Positions 23,456 to 36,882 of a stretch of DNA of 64,000 bases are shown piece by piece. Every line of letters begins with the position of its first letter. The first letter of the stretch is position 1. The stretch is from Heteronotia binoei (lineage: Eukaryota). The stretch spans positions 9,796,001 through 9,860,000 of the forward strand of contig NC_083233.1 in assembly GCF_032191835.1 (NCBI RefSeq), read 5' to 3'. The position numbers and the translations under genes were made by a program. Under the pieces are notes generated by a model. The model saw nothing but the letters and a program-made list of their open reading frames with translations, was not told the origin of the DNA and did not search any database.

Positions 23456-23574
23456 TGGTAGTTATCTTGGTAGGTAGTTATCTTGGTAGCTAGAGTGGTG
23501 CTTCCTTTCCTTCCATTGCAGATGAGTCTGCTGATCCTTCCTAGCCCTCCCTTTTTCCTGCCCAGGTGTACAAG

Positions 23575-24085
23575 AAAGTAACAAAGACGACTACAAATGG
23601 AAAAATTTCCAAAAGAAGATAGAACTTTAATCTGGTACTTGCTCTCAGCCACTAGGACATTGTATGCGCAATTGTGGAAGCAAGAAAAAATACCAGAGAA
23701 ATGGGATTGGATTATAAAAGTTATGACATGGAGTGAAATGGACAAATTAACAAGAATATTAAGAGACTATGACTTAGACGTTTTTAAGATGGAATGGAAA
23801 AAGTTTAGAAGATATGTAGAAAAAGAGTGGAAAATAAGAGGACATTGGACAATCTTTAATAATTAAGTTTTAAAAAGAAGAATATAATTTTTTGTTTTAA
23901 TAGTTAAGAGTACCTTTAAATATTTGCATTTTAAGTAAAGAACACTGGCGGGGGTCAAGTAATGGGGGGAGGGGGTGGGTAGAATGTCAAATATGGGGTA
24001 GATAAAAGAAGCTCTTTTTTTAAAGATGTAAGATATAGATTTATTACCATATGTTGCCAATAAAATTGTTTTAAACTCAAAAAGA
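23575..24085 (+). mobile_element. L1-clade LINE 3' end
   Basis: LLSATRTLYAQLWKQEKIPEKWDW...EWKKFRRYVEKEW, then an AT-rich UTR, AATAAA and an A-rich tail. Second copy at about 43365-43760. Confidence 0.7.
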
Positions 24086-26027
24086 AAGAAACAAAGACAG
24101 ACAGACATGAAAGAAAGGCACGAAACAACAAACATGCCTTATCTTGAGCCAGATATCAGTTTTTGTCTACTCAGATGCCTATCGGATTATTTTATCTGGA
24201 GATGTTGAAGACTGAACCTGGGACCTCGTGCCTGCCAAGCAGATGCTCTACCACTGAGCCACAGCCGCCTAGCTTTCCCCCACTAGTTTAACCCTTTAGT
24301 TATGCAGCTGCATCCCTCTATAGAGAGTGTCAAGTGGGTAGTCTTGTTGGTCTCCAGTAGAAGAGCGAGGCTGGAGTCCAGTAGCACCCTAGAAACCAAC
24401 AAGATCCCCACGCTATTATGCTTTAGAGAGTTACAAGAAGAGGGAGCTTTGGTTCTGTGAAGCTGACACTCTGGAGATCTGGGGATAAAGTGGAATCAAG
24501 TTGCAGCTGCCTGTAGGTTTTCCAAGGCAAAAGGTGGTTTGCTGTTGGCAACTCCCATTCAAGTACTAACCAGAGCCGGCCCGGCTTCGCTGTCGAGAGT
24601 CAATGAGCTCAAGCTAGCCTGGCCCATGCAGGTTAGAGAATCTAGCTGGTCTTTTGGGTATCGCTGGACTTGAACTTTATATTCTCTATCTAGATTAAAT
24701 GGTAACTTGAGTGCAGAGTTGCTAACAATCTGGAGAGGAAAAGATCTGTCCCTGTATTGACCACGTGAAGCTATTTATGTCCTCGCCTGGAAAAACTCCA
24801 CCTGCCCATTTTGACGTCTTATTAAAAGGACAGGGCAACTTTCGACAAGCTTGGTTCAGTCCTGTCCAATGGGATGCTGGGTGAGGCTCTGCTGTTATTG
24901 GGAGTTGTCAAACTGGCCTGGTCTTTTGAAACAGAGGCTTAACTTGTGGCAATGAACAGCAAAAGCTCTTTGTGGCCAGGAATTAAATAAACCCACCTGG
25001 TCAATAACATCCTATTCAACCTCCGTTAAGAACAGGGCACTTCTTTCCCCATGGCACAGAGTGGTCAGCTGCAGCACTGCAGTCCAAGTTCTGCTCACAA
25101 CCTGAGTTTGATCCCGGCAGAAGCTGGGTTCAGGTAGCCAGCTCAAGGTTGACTCAGCCTTCCATCCTTTCAAGGTCAGTAAAATGAGCACCCAGTAAAA
25201 AGTCTGCCAAGAAAACGTTATGATGTGACGTCACCCCATGGGTCGCTAATGACTCGGTGCTTGCACATGGGACTATCTTTATCTTTACTTCTTTCACCAG
25301 GCAGTTGGCAACCTAAACAGCATCCAGATTCCTTTAGAAAGTTCCTAAGTGGACCATAAAAGGAACGGCTTGCCCTCTTGCCGAGTCCCTGGCACCTTGT
25401 CTTCAGAAATATGCTGTTTCTACTTAACCACCCTGTTTCATGGGTGTTGGTGGCTCTTGGTTCTCCACAAATAGGTTTACTTTCCTTTAAAACCATCTGA
25501 GTCGGGGCCTGCTATATCCTCTCACTTGTGGAGTGAGCTGGGCTGCATTCTCTTTTTTTGGTTTTCAGTTCGTTGCCATGGATTACAGAGAAAAACAACC
25601 TTTTCCTGCCTGGTGGAGGTGGTGGGAAGTGCTCTCAAGTTGCAGCTGATTTAGGGTGGCCCTACAGAGTTCTCAGGGCAAGAGGTGGTTTGCCAGGGCC
25701 CTCCCATCCAAGTAGCGACCAGGTCTCCCTTTTCTGTCTGCCTTCTCCAGACTCTGCATACTTGGCTGAATCTCCATCATGTCATGCAGCACCCCTGCGC
25801 TTTTGCAAAGAAACTGTTTGGTAGCCTTTCACTTTAGGGAAGCTCTCTAACCCCTGGGTTGCCAACTCTGGACTGGGACGTTCCTAGAGATTTGGAGGTT
25901 TGTTTGCTATCAGATTTCTATCAGACTTCACCAAATGCAGTCCTAAATGAAACGTCTCTGGAGAAGCTGGGGGGGAGGGGAGGGAGACAGGAAAGAATCT
26001 GATTCTCCTCTCTGAGAAGGATGGGGG

Positions 26028-26528
26028 TAGGGTTGCCAAGTCCAATTCAAGAAATATCTGGGGACTTTGGGGGTGGAGCCAGGAGACATTAGGGGCGGAG
26101 CCAGGAGCAAAGGTGTGACAAGCATAAGTGAACTCCAAAGGGAGTTCTGGCCATCACATTTAAAGGGACGACACACCTTTTCAATTCCTTCCTTCCATAG
26201 GAAATAATGAAGGATAGGGGCACCTTCTTTTGGGGCTCATAGAATTGGACCCCCTGGTCCAATCTTTTTGAAACCTGGAGGGTATTTTGGGGAGAGGCAC
26301 TAGATGCTATACTGAAAATTTGGTGCCTCTACCCCCAAAAACAGCTCCCCCAGATCCCCGCGGATCAAGTCTCCATGATTTTCTGTGAGACTAAATCTCC
26401 ATAGGGAATAATAGAGTTCCCAGCAGACATTTCCCTCCCCTCCCCCCGCTTTCTGATGACCCTGAAGCGGGGGGGAGGGCCTCCAAACTGGGGGATCCCC
26501 TGCCCCCACCTGGGGATTGGCAACCCTA
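26028..26528. mobile_element. Intact hAT-type MITE with a perfect 8-bp TSD
   Basis: TAGGGTTGCCAA...TTGGCAACCCTA flanked by GATGGGGG on both sides. Confidence 0.92.
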
Positions 26529-26714
26529 GATGGGGGTGTTTTCCTGGATGGGGGGGGAGACAGGCCAGTTCCATGGGCTGGAAATGAAACTGGGGGGTGG
26601 GGAGAGAGACCAGCCCTTCCTCAGTCCCTAGCCTCTCACTCCCTGCTGGAGTCTGGGGACCAGGGGAGGGACACGGCAACCCAACTAAGGACTCTTCTCT
26701 GTCTTTTTTCCCAG

Positions 26715-27175
26715 CTTACCCGTATTCATTCTACATTGGTGTGGGACTAACCGCAGTTGCCTTGTTGGCTATCATGGCTTACCTTATCTACTTAAAAATC
26801 TGCCTGCCACTGAGGACCTGGGTTCGAGTTCACCAGCAGGTCCGTCAGCAGGAGATGCCTCTTTCGAGGGTTTCTTTCCAGGACCCTTCTCCAACCTTCA
26901 CTTACAGTCTTGGTTCAAGGCTCCGGAGCCCTAACCCACCTCCCCTTTACCAGGCCTTGACAGCCATTCGACTCACAAATCCTCCTCCTTCAGCACAGAT
27001 GGGCCCGCTCAGTCCAGCCAAGTGGACTCTGGTCTCTCAGGGGATGATGCAGCCGGTTCCTCTCCTGCAGCAGCTCTTCTGGATCCAGCTGCCTCTGGGG
27101 GGACTCCAGAACCAGAGGAATAAGCGACCAGCTCATGTCATGGGGTGCTTGTCTGCATGGGATAGAGTCACATAG
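26715..27175 (+). CDS. Shisa-like gene ShL-3, exon 2
   Basis: Acceptor ctgtcttttttcccAG| at 26714, phase 1 (C+CT = Pro). TM FYIGVGLTAVALLAIMAYLIYL. MPLSRVSFQDP matches ShL-1 IPSSRVLFHNP. PPLY motif. TAG at 27173-27175. Confidence 0.83.
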
Positions 27176-28144
27176 GGGTTTTTTTAGGGTCAAAGAAAGG
27201 AAGAAAGGACAGTGCTTTTAGGATGAAGGAAACTCAGCTGCTACGATTATGCTTTAAGGACATATATCGACTGAGATGATTTTTATTCCTTTTAAATGGG
27301 GCACTGCCTGTCTGAAGATGTCCTTTGCTCTCTTTTCCATATAGTGTGTTGGGGTAACAGGAAAGCTCTCCCCTATTCAGTGAGGTACTTTAAAGGAACT
27401 CTCCATGGAGACAAGCACTCCTGTTGTCCCACTGAAGCCTTATTAAAGACAAATGAAAATCGTTTCCTTTTGGTTTTCAAATGAGTTGAGTGTGGCTGTC
27501 CTTGTCGCAAGTCCTCACAGGGCACACTAGAATGGTTTGCTTTAAAGTTACAAATGTGCAATCAATGTTCGGGGCTCCTCTCCTCCCTCCAACTGGACCA
27601 GAAGTGATTTCTCCGCCTCTGAGCTTGGAAGGCCCTGCCTCTAAGGAAACATCTTGTGTCCATGGGGTTACTTGTCTCCCACACATGGGTGGTGGGAAGA
27701 AAAAATGGATTGGAGGACATTTTCTGCAATGCCTTTTGTTTTCCAATCGCAGCCTTCCCTTTATGGGCAGAACTTCTTCAAGGATGTTCCATGGAGTCTT
27801 GTCTGAGCTGTGAGTAGGCAAAGTGCAGCTGTGCTTTCAACTAGCTCTTTACAAAGAAACTGCTGTATAGGACCAAATATTCTTCAACATTCTCCCAGGT
27901 GGCTTGGTCAGCCTGGCTTACCTGGGAAGGATGATCCTTGACGGTCTGTTTGGGAGCTCGAATGCTGTATTCCTTTCTCTGGAGCTGCAGGGCGATGCGC
28001 CCCGTGGCATATTGCCATCATCTCTAACTTGGGCATTTTGGGAACTTTTTAATGTTGGTGGGACAACATAGGCGAGCAAGCTGTGTGCGCCTTCTGAGTG
28101 TAGTGTGTCTGATACAGCTTTGTGATTGTTCCGGCTGAACTGTC

Positions 28145-28150
28145 AATAAA
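28145..28150 (+). terminator. Putative polyadenylation signal of ShL-3
   Basis: AATAAA followed by GT-rich sequence, downstream of a UTR block shared with ShL-2. Confidence 0.55.
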
Positions 28151-28827
28151 GTGTGGGGTGTTGGCCTCTCGAACAAGTGTTTGCACAGATTTCTGACTCC
28201 CTCACTCCAAACCAGCCAGTCTCAGTTGCTTGTTAATGCAGTCCAATTCATTCTTCTTAGCATGACTCCCAGATTAGCCTTTTCTTGTTCAAACCACCAA
28301 TTTAGTGCTGGAACAGGAATGGGGAACAGCAAGCCTCATTTCACAAAAGTCTTGGATCTGGCTTTCCAGAGGGGGGGTCCCCTGTTTGGCTGGGTCTGTA
28401 ATCTGAAAAGGGCATAGCCATTCACCCCCCTACAGCCCCAATGTGGAGCTGATACCTTTCCTGGCCCCTGCCATGTGCTTTTTAGACAGTGGATGGGGCC
28501 CAGGTTTGGGGGGGGGGGAGTTGCCCACAAGACATCTGATCGGCTGTGCAGACGTTTTGAAATTGCTTTGGCAGCAGCTGTCGCTACACTACAAGGATCT
28601 TCACAGTGTGACTGAAGGGGAGCCATACTGTGATTGACCCTGCCTCCTGTGGCAGCCGTTTTGTGGCAGTTGTTTTGTAGCTGGGCCCACCATGCTGTAC
28701 CAGAACTCAAAGGTGCCTGCAAAAACGCTGGGAACCCCTGGTGCTCTACAGGCTAAGGCAAGCAAAAATGGGAGGTTTTTCCTTGGGGCTTTTGCTGTAC
28801 CTATAATAGAAGCTAAGGTTAAAAAAG

Positions 28828-29122
28828 GGTAAAGGTAGTCCTGTGCGAGCAGCAGTCGTTTCCAACTCTGGGGTGACGTTGCTTTCACAACGTTTTCATA
28901 GCAGACTTTTTACAAGGTGGTTTGCCATTGCCTTCCCCAGCCATCTAGACTTTCCCCCCGGCAAGCTGGGGACTCATTTTACTGACATCAGAAGGATGGA
29001 AGGCTGAGTCAACCTTGAGCCAGCAACCTGAACCCAGCTTCTGCTGGGATTGAACTCAGGTCATGAGCAGGGAGCTCAGACTGCAGTACTGCAGCTTTAC
29101 CACTCTGCGCCACAGGGCTCTT
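28828..29122 (-). mobile_element. Sauria/Squam1-type SINE
   Basis: Homologous to 14396-14685. Confidence 0.8.
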
Positions 29123-29572
29123 AGAAGCTAAGGTAGTTTTGTGCAAATGGAGCCAGCATAGCATTTTCCCCCACCATGCAGGTCTTTCCAGGTTAGGTTT
29201 GCCAAGCTTCAGGTAGGGTCTGGAGATCGCCCAGAATTGCAAGCGGTCTCCAGGTGACAGTGATCCGTTCCCCTGGGTAAAATGGCTGCTTTGGAGGGTG
29301 CACTCTGTGACATTATACCCTACTGAGCTCTGCCCCCTCCCCAAATCCTTTCCAGTCCTCCCCCCCATCTCCAGGAATTTCCCAAGCCAGATCTGGCAAC
29401 CATGGCTTCAGTAGATAGCAGCCTTGAAGGAACTTGAAGAGTAACACACTAACGGAGAGGGAAATTGCTGAATTACAAATTGTTACGAAACCTGGAACAA
29501 ACACCTCCCCAGGACTGAACAGGATATTGGTGTGTTTTTTTAATCTCATTACATATGCTAAACCCACTTTCA

Positions 29573-29785
29573 CCAAGTATGGCTGTATATCCACAGTATT
29601 CCAGTGTATTTCTCTTTTAGGATAGTGTAAAAGAGTATGGCTGTGTAAAACCAAGTATGGCTGTATATCCACAGTATTCCAGTGTATTTCTCTTTTAGGA
29701 TAGTGTAAAAGAGTATGGCTGTGTAAAACCAAGTATGGCTGTATATCCACAGTATTCCAATGTATTTCTCTTTTAGGATAGTGTA
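29573..29785. repeat. 78-bp tandem repeat, about 2.7 copies
   Basis: caagtatggctgtatatccacagtattcc at 29574, 29652 and 29730. Confidence 0.95.
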
Positions 29786-31359
29786 TCAGAATAATGTTTT
29801 TGTATTGACATACTCAAACAATGGATATTGGCTGTTTATCTCATTACATATACTAAACCCATCTTCCACTATATTTTAATGTATTTTTTTTCTAATGGCA
29901 AACTAGTATATATTTATGTCACATGTTAAAAGGTAAATTAGTTGGACAGGAAAAACGTCTGGGAAAGAAATGCCCTCATTTTGACCCAGGCTTATTAGCA
30001 ATAGAATAATTAACACACATTCTCACATTCTGACACGTTACTATTTTATTGGCTTTCCACACTAATGCAACCCAGAGCGAAGGTTTTCTGAATTTGCTAA
30101 TTTTACTATTCTGCTATTGGATTTTAACTTTGTACCACTTTGCATTCCAAACCCCACCGGCTCTATGTAGCTCTGCTCACTGTATCTCATTCCTCGTCTG
30201 AAGAAGTGTGCCTGCACATCAAAGCTTACATTCTGAATAAAAGCTTGTTGGTCTTAAAGGTGCCACTTGACTCCTGCTTTGTTCTACTGCTTCAGACCAC
30301 CACGGCTGCCCACCTGGATCCAATTAATTTCTGAATCAGCTTTCTAGCTACAGTTGTCAGCTCTGGTTTGGAAAAAAAAAACTGGGGGAACACCGGAGGT
30401 GGGGTGGGAACAGACTTCAATAGGGTGTAATCCCAGAGAGGCCTCCTTCCAAGGCAGCCATTTTCTCCAGACGAAGTGACCTCTACCACCTGGAGATCTC
30501 CAGCCCCTGCCTGGAGGTTAGCAACCCTGTTTCTAGCCTACAGTCAGGGTTGCCGGCTGCTTACAGGAAAAGAGTGCTGCCCCTTTCATGGCTGTTGCTT
30601 AGCAGGTGTTGTTATTTACCTCCATGTCCTGCAAAGCTGCTTCTGCCCTTTGCCACGTATGAGGGCTCTCTTAAAGAGACAGGATGTGTTTCATCAGATC
30701 TATGGCAACAACCCTATTGCCCCCCCCCCAGTCGGAATAATGAGGCAAAGACATGTGTTGGGTGAAAATCAGGGCCACTTTATTAACAATGAACTGTGTG
30801 GGGCGAGAAAGCAAGACAAGCCCGGGGAGAACCTACCCTGCCTTGTCTTGAACAGGGCGAGCCAGCCTGTCCCCGACACAAGCCATCAAGGCGGCTACTG
30901 CCGGGCAGCTGGATCTAGGCTGCCCCCCCCCCTCTTCCCAGCCTCCCAATCACAGGAGCTTTACAAGGCGAGGGCAGCCGCTGGCCGGCCCCCCACAACA
31001 GAGAGCCGTACAGCCCAGCTGCCGATGAAGCTGACCAGAGCCCTGAACAGGAAGACCTCTGGGTGCTCACCGTAACATCATACTATGCCCCACCTAACTC
31101 CAGCCAGTGACCAATTAACCAGCCTTAACAGGGTACCAAACAACCCTAATCGAACAGTGCAAGGTAGGCGAAAAACAACCCAACCAGGGCCAATCAGTTG
31201 GGATGAAAAAATTCCTACCTGGCCCGAAAACCGGCGACTGGCTAATCCTGCACTATTGTTGGGTGGGAGGGAGGGCCGAAAGACGCCGGGAGCAACTGCG
31301 TGCTCCTGGACAGAGGTGGGGGCTTATCAAGCCTCTGGCACCCCGCCCTCCTCAGATCC

Positions 31360-31867
31360 TAGGGTTGCCAATCCCCAGGTGGAGGCAGGGGATCCCCTGG
31401 TTTGGAGGCCATCCCCCCGCTTCAGGGTCACCAGAAAGCGGGGGGAGGGAAGGCAAATGTGTGCTGGGAACTCTATTATTCCCTATGGAGATTTATTCCC
31501 ATAGAAAATAATGGAGAATTGCTCCGCGGGTATCTGGGGCTCTGGGGGGGCTGTTTTTTGGGATACAGGCACCAAACTTTCAGTATAGCATCTAGTACTT
31601 CTCCCCAAAATACCCCCCCAAGTTTCAAAAAGATTGGACCAGGGGTCCAATTCTATGAGCCCCAAAAGAAGGTGCCCCTATCCTCCATTATTTCCTATGG
31701 AAGGAAGGCATTGAAAAGGTGTGCTGTCCCTTTCAGTGTGATGGCCAGAACTCCCTTTGGAGTTCAATGATGCTTGTCACAGCCTTGATCTTGGCTCCAC
31801 CCCTAATGTCTCCTGGCTCCACCCCCAAAGTCCCCAGATATTTCTTGAATTGGACTTGGCAACCCTA
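31360..31867. mobile_element. Intact hAT-type MITE with a perfect 8-bp TSD
   Basis: TAGGGTTGCCAA...TTGGCAACCCTA flanked by TCAGATCC on both sides. Confidence 0.92.
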
Positions 31868-32990
31868 TCAGATCCCCAGATGGACGAGAAGGCCTGTTAG
31901 CCCCCCATCCGTCCGGGGAGGCAAAAGCGGCCCCTGGCCTTAGCCGTGATGGCGGTGCGGCCGGGAGGGGGCCGGATTATTCTCCCACTGTCTCTGACAC
32001 AATTGTTTTGCCCTTATGCCAAAGTCAATGTGTGTGAGTCTTTGCCACCTCAAAGACTCCTGTTTTGGGCTAAAAATGCTTCTCAAACGGTACCAGCCTC
32101 TTGGGAAGGTCAGCCTGGAATGTGCATCTTGTTATTAATACAAATGAGAATACCCTTGTCGAGTTTGTCTCCATATTCAACCCCATGATTGTGGAAGTTT
32201 TCCTCCTATCTTAACCAGCCTGGCTTCTCATGCCTCCTTTACCGAGGTCTGCTGGGAAACTCCTGAAGATTTGGGGGTGGAGCCTGGGGGAGACAGGGAC
32301 CTCAGAGGGAAACAATGGCATAGAGCTCCCCCTCGGAAGAATCCATTTTCTCCAGGGGATCTGATTTCTATATGAACATCTGAAGCTGCCTTATACTGAA
32401 TCAGACCTTTGGTCCATCCAAGTCAGTATTGTCTTCTCCGACTGGCAGCGGCTCTCCAGGGTCTCAAGCTGAGGTTTTTCACACCTCTTTGCCTGGACCC
32501 TTTTTTGGAGATGCCAGGGATTGAACCTGGGACCTTCTGCTTCCCAAGCAGATGCTCTACCACTGATCCACCATCCCTCCCCTATAGTATAGAGATGACC
32601 TGTAATTCCCATGGGATCCCCAGGTCCAACATGGAGGCTAGCATGCCTAGATCTTGTAACTTAAGAACTTGCCTTTCAACACATAGTAAACCACAGAATG
32701 CCAATAGCTGTGAATAAGTAATAAAAAGCACAATAATATACCAATTTTTACAACAATTCATGCGTCCAAATTAATATATACGACATAGGTACAGTGTATT
32801 ATAGAAAAGCTCTCATAAATATCCTTAAAGTGTAAGCGTCTTCTCAGCCTCTCAAAAGAGCAGGGGGAAAGTGCTTGTGCAGAACCTATGTTTCTTAAAG
32901 TGCATGAAGTCTTTTGTCAATGTCATTCATCAGTTTCCATTCAAAGGCTGATATTCATAACGGCGGCACTGGCAAATTGCTCGGCCTCTG

Positions 32991-33207
32991 ACAGATAAAC
33001 TGTTTTCGCACACAGCTCGCCTCGCAGTCACAAGCCTGCTCCCTCCGCAGCGTCTGTCGGATTTCCCACCATCTGCGCCGGAGTTACAGGAAGTGCTGCG
33101 GCTTTTGCGTAGCAAATGTAAACTGGGGTGGGAAATCCAACCGGACGCTGCGGAGGGAACAGGATTGTGACTGCGAGGTGAGCTGTGTGCAAAAACGGTT
33201 ATACTGT
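32991..33207. repeat. Long inverted repeat (about 80-bp arms, 56-nt spacer), probably a palindromic MITE
   Basis: 32991-33070 is the approximate reverse complement of 33127-33207. Confidence 0.85.
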
Positions 33208-33639
33208 TGACCTCTGAAGCCGTTTCCTTTGAATTCTTTCTCAAAGAGGCATTGCATACAACGTCCATATTATTCCAAGATGGTCAGCATTGTCTCAAGC
33301 AAAATTTCTTGGATGGGAGACCACTAAGGAAGTCCAGGGTTGCCACCCGGAGCCAAGAAATGCTTGAGACCCTGGAGAGCCACTGCCAGTCTGAGAAGAC
33401 AATACTGACTTTGATGGACCAAAGGTCTGATTCAGTATAAGGCAGCTTCATATGTTCATATGTTCTCTCATGCCTGGAATGCCCTGTGGTGGGGTTGGCA
33501 TGAGTCAGCTGCGACTTAGCAGCACGTTCTTCTTCTTAGCTGGGCAAGATCCAGCTTGGCTCACTTCCGCTTGAGCACAGACAGGCTGGGCAGATGCAAA
33601 AGTGTGGATTGTGCTCTCCTTATTTAATAGGCCTTAGAA

Positions 33640-34705
33640 CAGGGATGTCAAACTCATGGCCTGGGGGCCGAATCAGGCCCCCAGAAGGCTCCAATCAGAC
33701 CCCTGAGAAACTGGCTGTCATCTGCTTCCTTCCTTCCCCCTCTCTCTCTTACTTCTTGCTGCATAACAGCTTGCTTTGCCAGGCTTGCTCAATCGCACAG
33801 AAGCTACAAAGCAAAGCCTCTATTTTCTCCATTTGCTGAGGCTCCTCCCTTGGGGAGGAGGGAGAGCTTGCTTTGCCAGGCTCTCTCAACTGAACAGCAA
33901 AGCCACTAAGCCAAGCTTCTCTTCCTTCTATTGGATAATATAAGGAAATCACCGGAAACAATGTAACTTTCACAAAACCCCGCACAAATATATTTAGTGC
34001 AAACTGAGTTGAACAAAAAGAACAGAACACTGAGTGTACAGTATAAGTAATGTCCCCACAAAGTCTTTCCACAGCCTAAAAGTCAGCTTCTTCTAACAGA
34101 CACAGGGGTGGGCAAAATCCTTTGAACTCAGCGTTCGACAACAAACGGCACAGAGAAAGTAAGGAAGAACCGCTTATTGCAGGACTCCTCGCGATTTCGA
34201 TAGAATATCCTTCATCAGCCTCCTTCTCTCAACGTTATGCGGAGCCTTAGCTAACTTTCTTTACACATGGATTAACACATGCTCTTCTACAGGTGCTGCT
34301 GGCTCTCCATTGAGCATACCCGTTCCATTGTTCTCCATTGAGTACACGGGTTCCAGTTGTGTTTATTATCTCTTCCTTCTATTGCTGAGGCTCCTCCCCT
34401 TCCTGGTCCCCTGGGGAAGGAAGGAAAGAGCCAGAGCTTCCTTTGCCCAGTTCCCTGGGTCCCATGGGAGAGATACAAAGAAAGCACCTTGAAGACCAAC
34501 AAGTGCTAAGGTTTTAAGCATGTTTTAAGGGGTTTAAAAAAAAAAAAAAACAGTTGTGTTTGTGTCCTTTATAATTTTTTTTTTTTTTATCTCTACTACC
34601 TAGTCTTAAATAGGCACACACACGGCCTGGCCCAACATAGCTCAGCCCAACAAGGTCTCATTTATGTCAGATTTGGCCCTCGTTACAAATTAGTTTGACA
34701 CCGTG
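33640..34705. mobile_element. Old hAT-like non-autonomous element with an internal insertion
   Basis: Termini cagggatgtcaaac...gtttgacaccgtg. TSD degraded. Confidence 0.5.
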
Positions 34706-34805
34706 GCTTAATATGAGTGCCCTGGCCTGGATTGGCCACGTAGCCCAATTTTGTCAGATTAAAAGGGGAACTGAATTAGATGGATTTACGGAGGATAGTT
34801 CTATC

Positions 34806-35305
34806 TAGGGTTGCCAATTCCCAGGTGGGGGCAGGGGATCCCCCGGTTTGGAGGCCCTCCCCCCGCTTCAGGGTCGTCAGAAAGCGGGGGGAGGGGAGGC
34901 AAATGTCTGCTGGGAACTCTGTTATTCCCCTATGGAGATTTATTCCCATAGAAAATCATGGAGAATTGATCTGCGAGTATCTGGGGCTCTGGGGGGGCTG
35001 TTTTTGGGGGTAGATGCACCAAATTTTCAGTATAGCATCTAATGCCTCTCCCCAAAATACCCCCCAAGTTTCAGAAAGATTGGACCAATTCTATGAGCCC
35101 CAAAAGAAGGTACCCATATCCTTCATTATTTCCTATGGAAGGAGGGCATTGAAAAGGTGTTCTGTCCCTTTAAATGTGATGGCCAGAACTCCCTTTGGCG
35201 TTCAATTATGCTTGTCACAGCCTTGATCTTGGCTCCACCCATAATGTCTCCTGGCTCCACCCCCAAAGTCCTCAGATATTTCTTAAATTGGACTTGGCAA
35301 CCCTA
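34806..35305. mobile_element. Intact hAT-type MITE with a perfect 8-bp TSD
   Basis: TAGGGTTGCCAA...TTGGCAACCCTA flanked by GTTCTATC on both sides. Confidence 0.92.
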
Positions 35306-36366
35306 GTTCTATCAGTGGCTACTACCCTGGTGACTAAAGGGAACCAAAAAGAGAAGTGAAAAGAAACTCAGCCAACCAAGCAAAAACCTCCAAAAGAAGA
35401 TTAGAGTACTAGTAAGGTCCCAAAAGTTAAAAAACAGCAAGAGTTAAAAACAAAGGTACAGGTGCTTATTACAAAAACATATTAAAAACCTTGTAGGGGC
35501 CCAAATGAAGCCTCATGAAATCATCAAAATGACAACTGCACCAAAAGGAACTAGTATGTAAGGCCTGAGGCGTTTCAGCCTGCACAGGCCTCCTTTAGAG
35601 GTCAAACAGTACAAATTACAACATACAACAAGGTCCCTGTTACTCTTGTAAGGCAAGAAACACTTAATATAGGATCTAAAATGGAATGTTCCAATTTGGA
35701 AATGATTCCTCCCCCCCCCCCCCTAAAAAAAAAATTCAGAGGCCACAAACGTATCTTGGCTTTATGTCAGCAGCAATTACATATGCTGGAAACAGTAATA
35801 TTGCCAATAATATTACACCTTCCAGTTTGGGTCCTAATAGCACAAGTAAAATTCCCTTATCGGGGCCAGTGATAAGGCTTCATTTAGGCCCTATGAAGTT
35901 TTAATACGAACATATGAAGCTACCTTATACTGAATCAGACCCTTGGTCCATCAAAGTCAGTATTGTCTACTCAGACTGGTAGCAGCTCTCCAGGGTCTCG
36001 TTTTGTAATAAACACATGTACTTTTGTTTTTCGCTATTGCTGTTTTTAACTTTTGGCCCCTTCCTAGTACTCTAAACTTCCTTTGGAGACTAAAGAGAAC
36101 TACCATGTCCAGAGGCAGGCAACCTCTGAATCCCAGTGCCAGGAGGCAACACCAGGAGAAGGCCTCGGCCTCCATGCTCTGTTGTTGGCTCTCCAGAGGA
36201 AGTGATTGGCCACGGTGTGAGACAGGATGCTGGGCTATTGGTTTGATCTAGCGGGGCTTTTCTTAGGTTCTTCCATTCTTCTGATCTCAGAAGCTAAGCA
36301 GGTCAGCCCTGGTTAGTGATTGGATGGCAAACCACCAAGGAACTCCTATGTCGCTACTCAGAGGCC

Positions 36367-36882
36367 AATCCCAGGTAGGGGCAGGGGATCCCCCGGTTTG
36401 GAGGCCTCCCCCTGCTTTACGGTCATCAGAAAGCAGGGGGAGGGGAGGGAATTGTCTGCTGGGAACTCTGTTATTCCCTATGGAGATTTATTCCCATAGA
36501 AAATCATGGAGAATTTATCCATGGGTATCTGGGCACTGGGGGCCCTGTTTTTTGAGGTAGAGGCACCAAATTTTCAGTATAGTATCCAGTGGCTCTCCCC
36601 AAAACACTCCCTAAATTTCAAAAAGATTGAACCAAGGGGTCCAATTCTATGAGCCCCCAAATAAGGTGCCCCTATCCTTCATTATTTGCTATGGAAGGAA
36701 GGCATTTAAAAGATGTGCGGTCCCTTGAAATGTGATGGCCAAAACTCCCTTTGGAGTTCAATTATGCTTCCCTGCTCATTGCTCCTGGCTCCACCCCAAT
36801 GTCTCCTGGCTCCACCCCCAAAGTCTCTTGGCTCCACCCCCAAAGTTCCCAGATATTTCTTGAATTGGACTTGGCAACCCTA
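36367..36882. mobile_element. hAT-type MITE with left TIR lost
   Basis: Body and right TIR (ttggcaacccta) homologous to 34806-35305. Confidence 0.85.

Noticed and set aside
23597-23866. ORF ...LYAQLWKQEKIPEKWDW... (repeated at 43273..43578) as a host gene
   Set aside because: It is a dispersed repeat with a polyA-type tail, consistent with L1-clade ORF2 3' ends.
29573-29785. Regularly spaced repeats as CRISPR-like arrays (also 21839-22366 and 38556-38697)
   Set aside because: Units are contiguous tandem copies without unique spacers, in eukaryotic DNA.
30690-31300. GC-rich insert with a minus-strand AATAAA inside an old MITE
   Set aside because: Looks retroelement-derived, but no TG..CA termini or TSD could be fixed; left unclassified.
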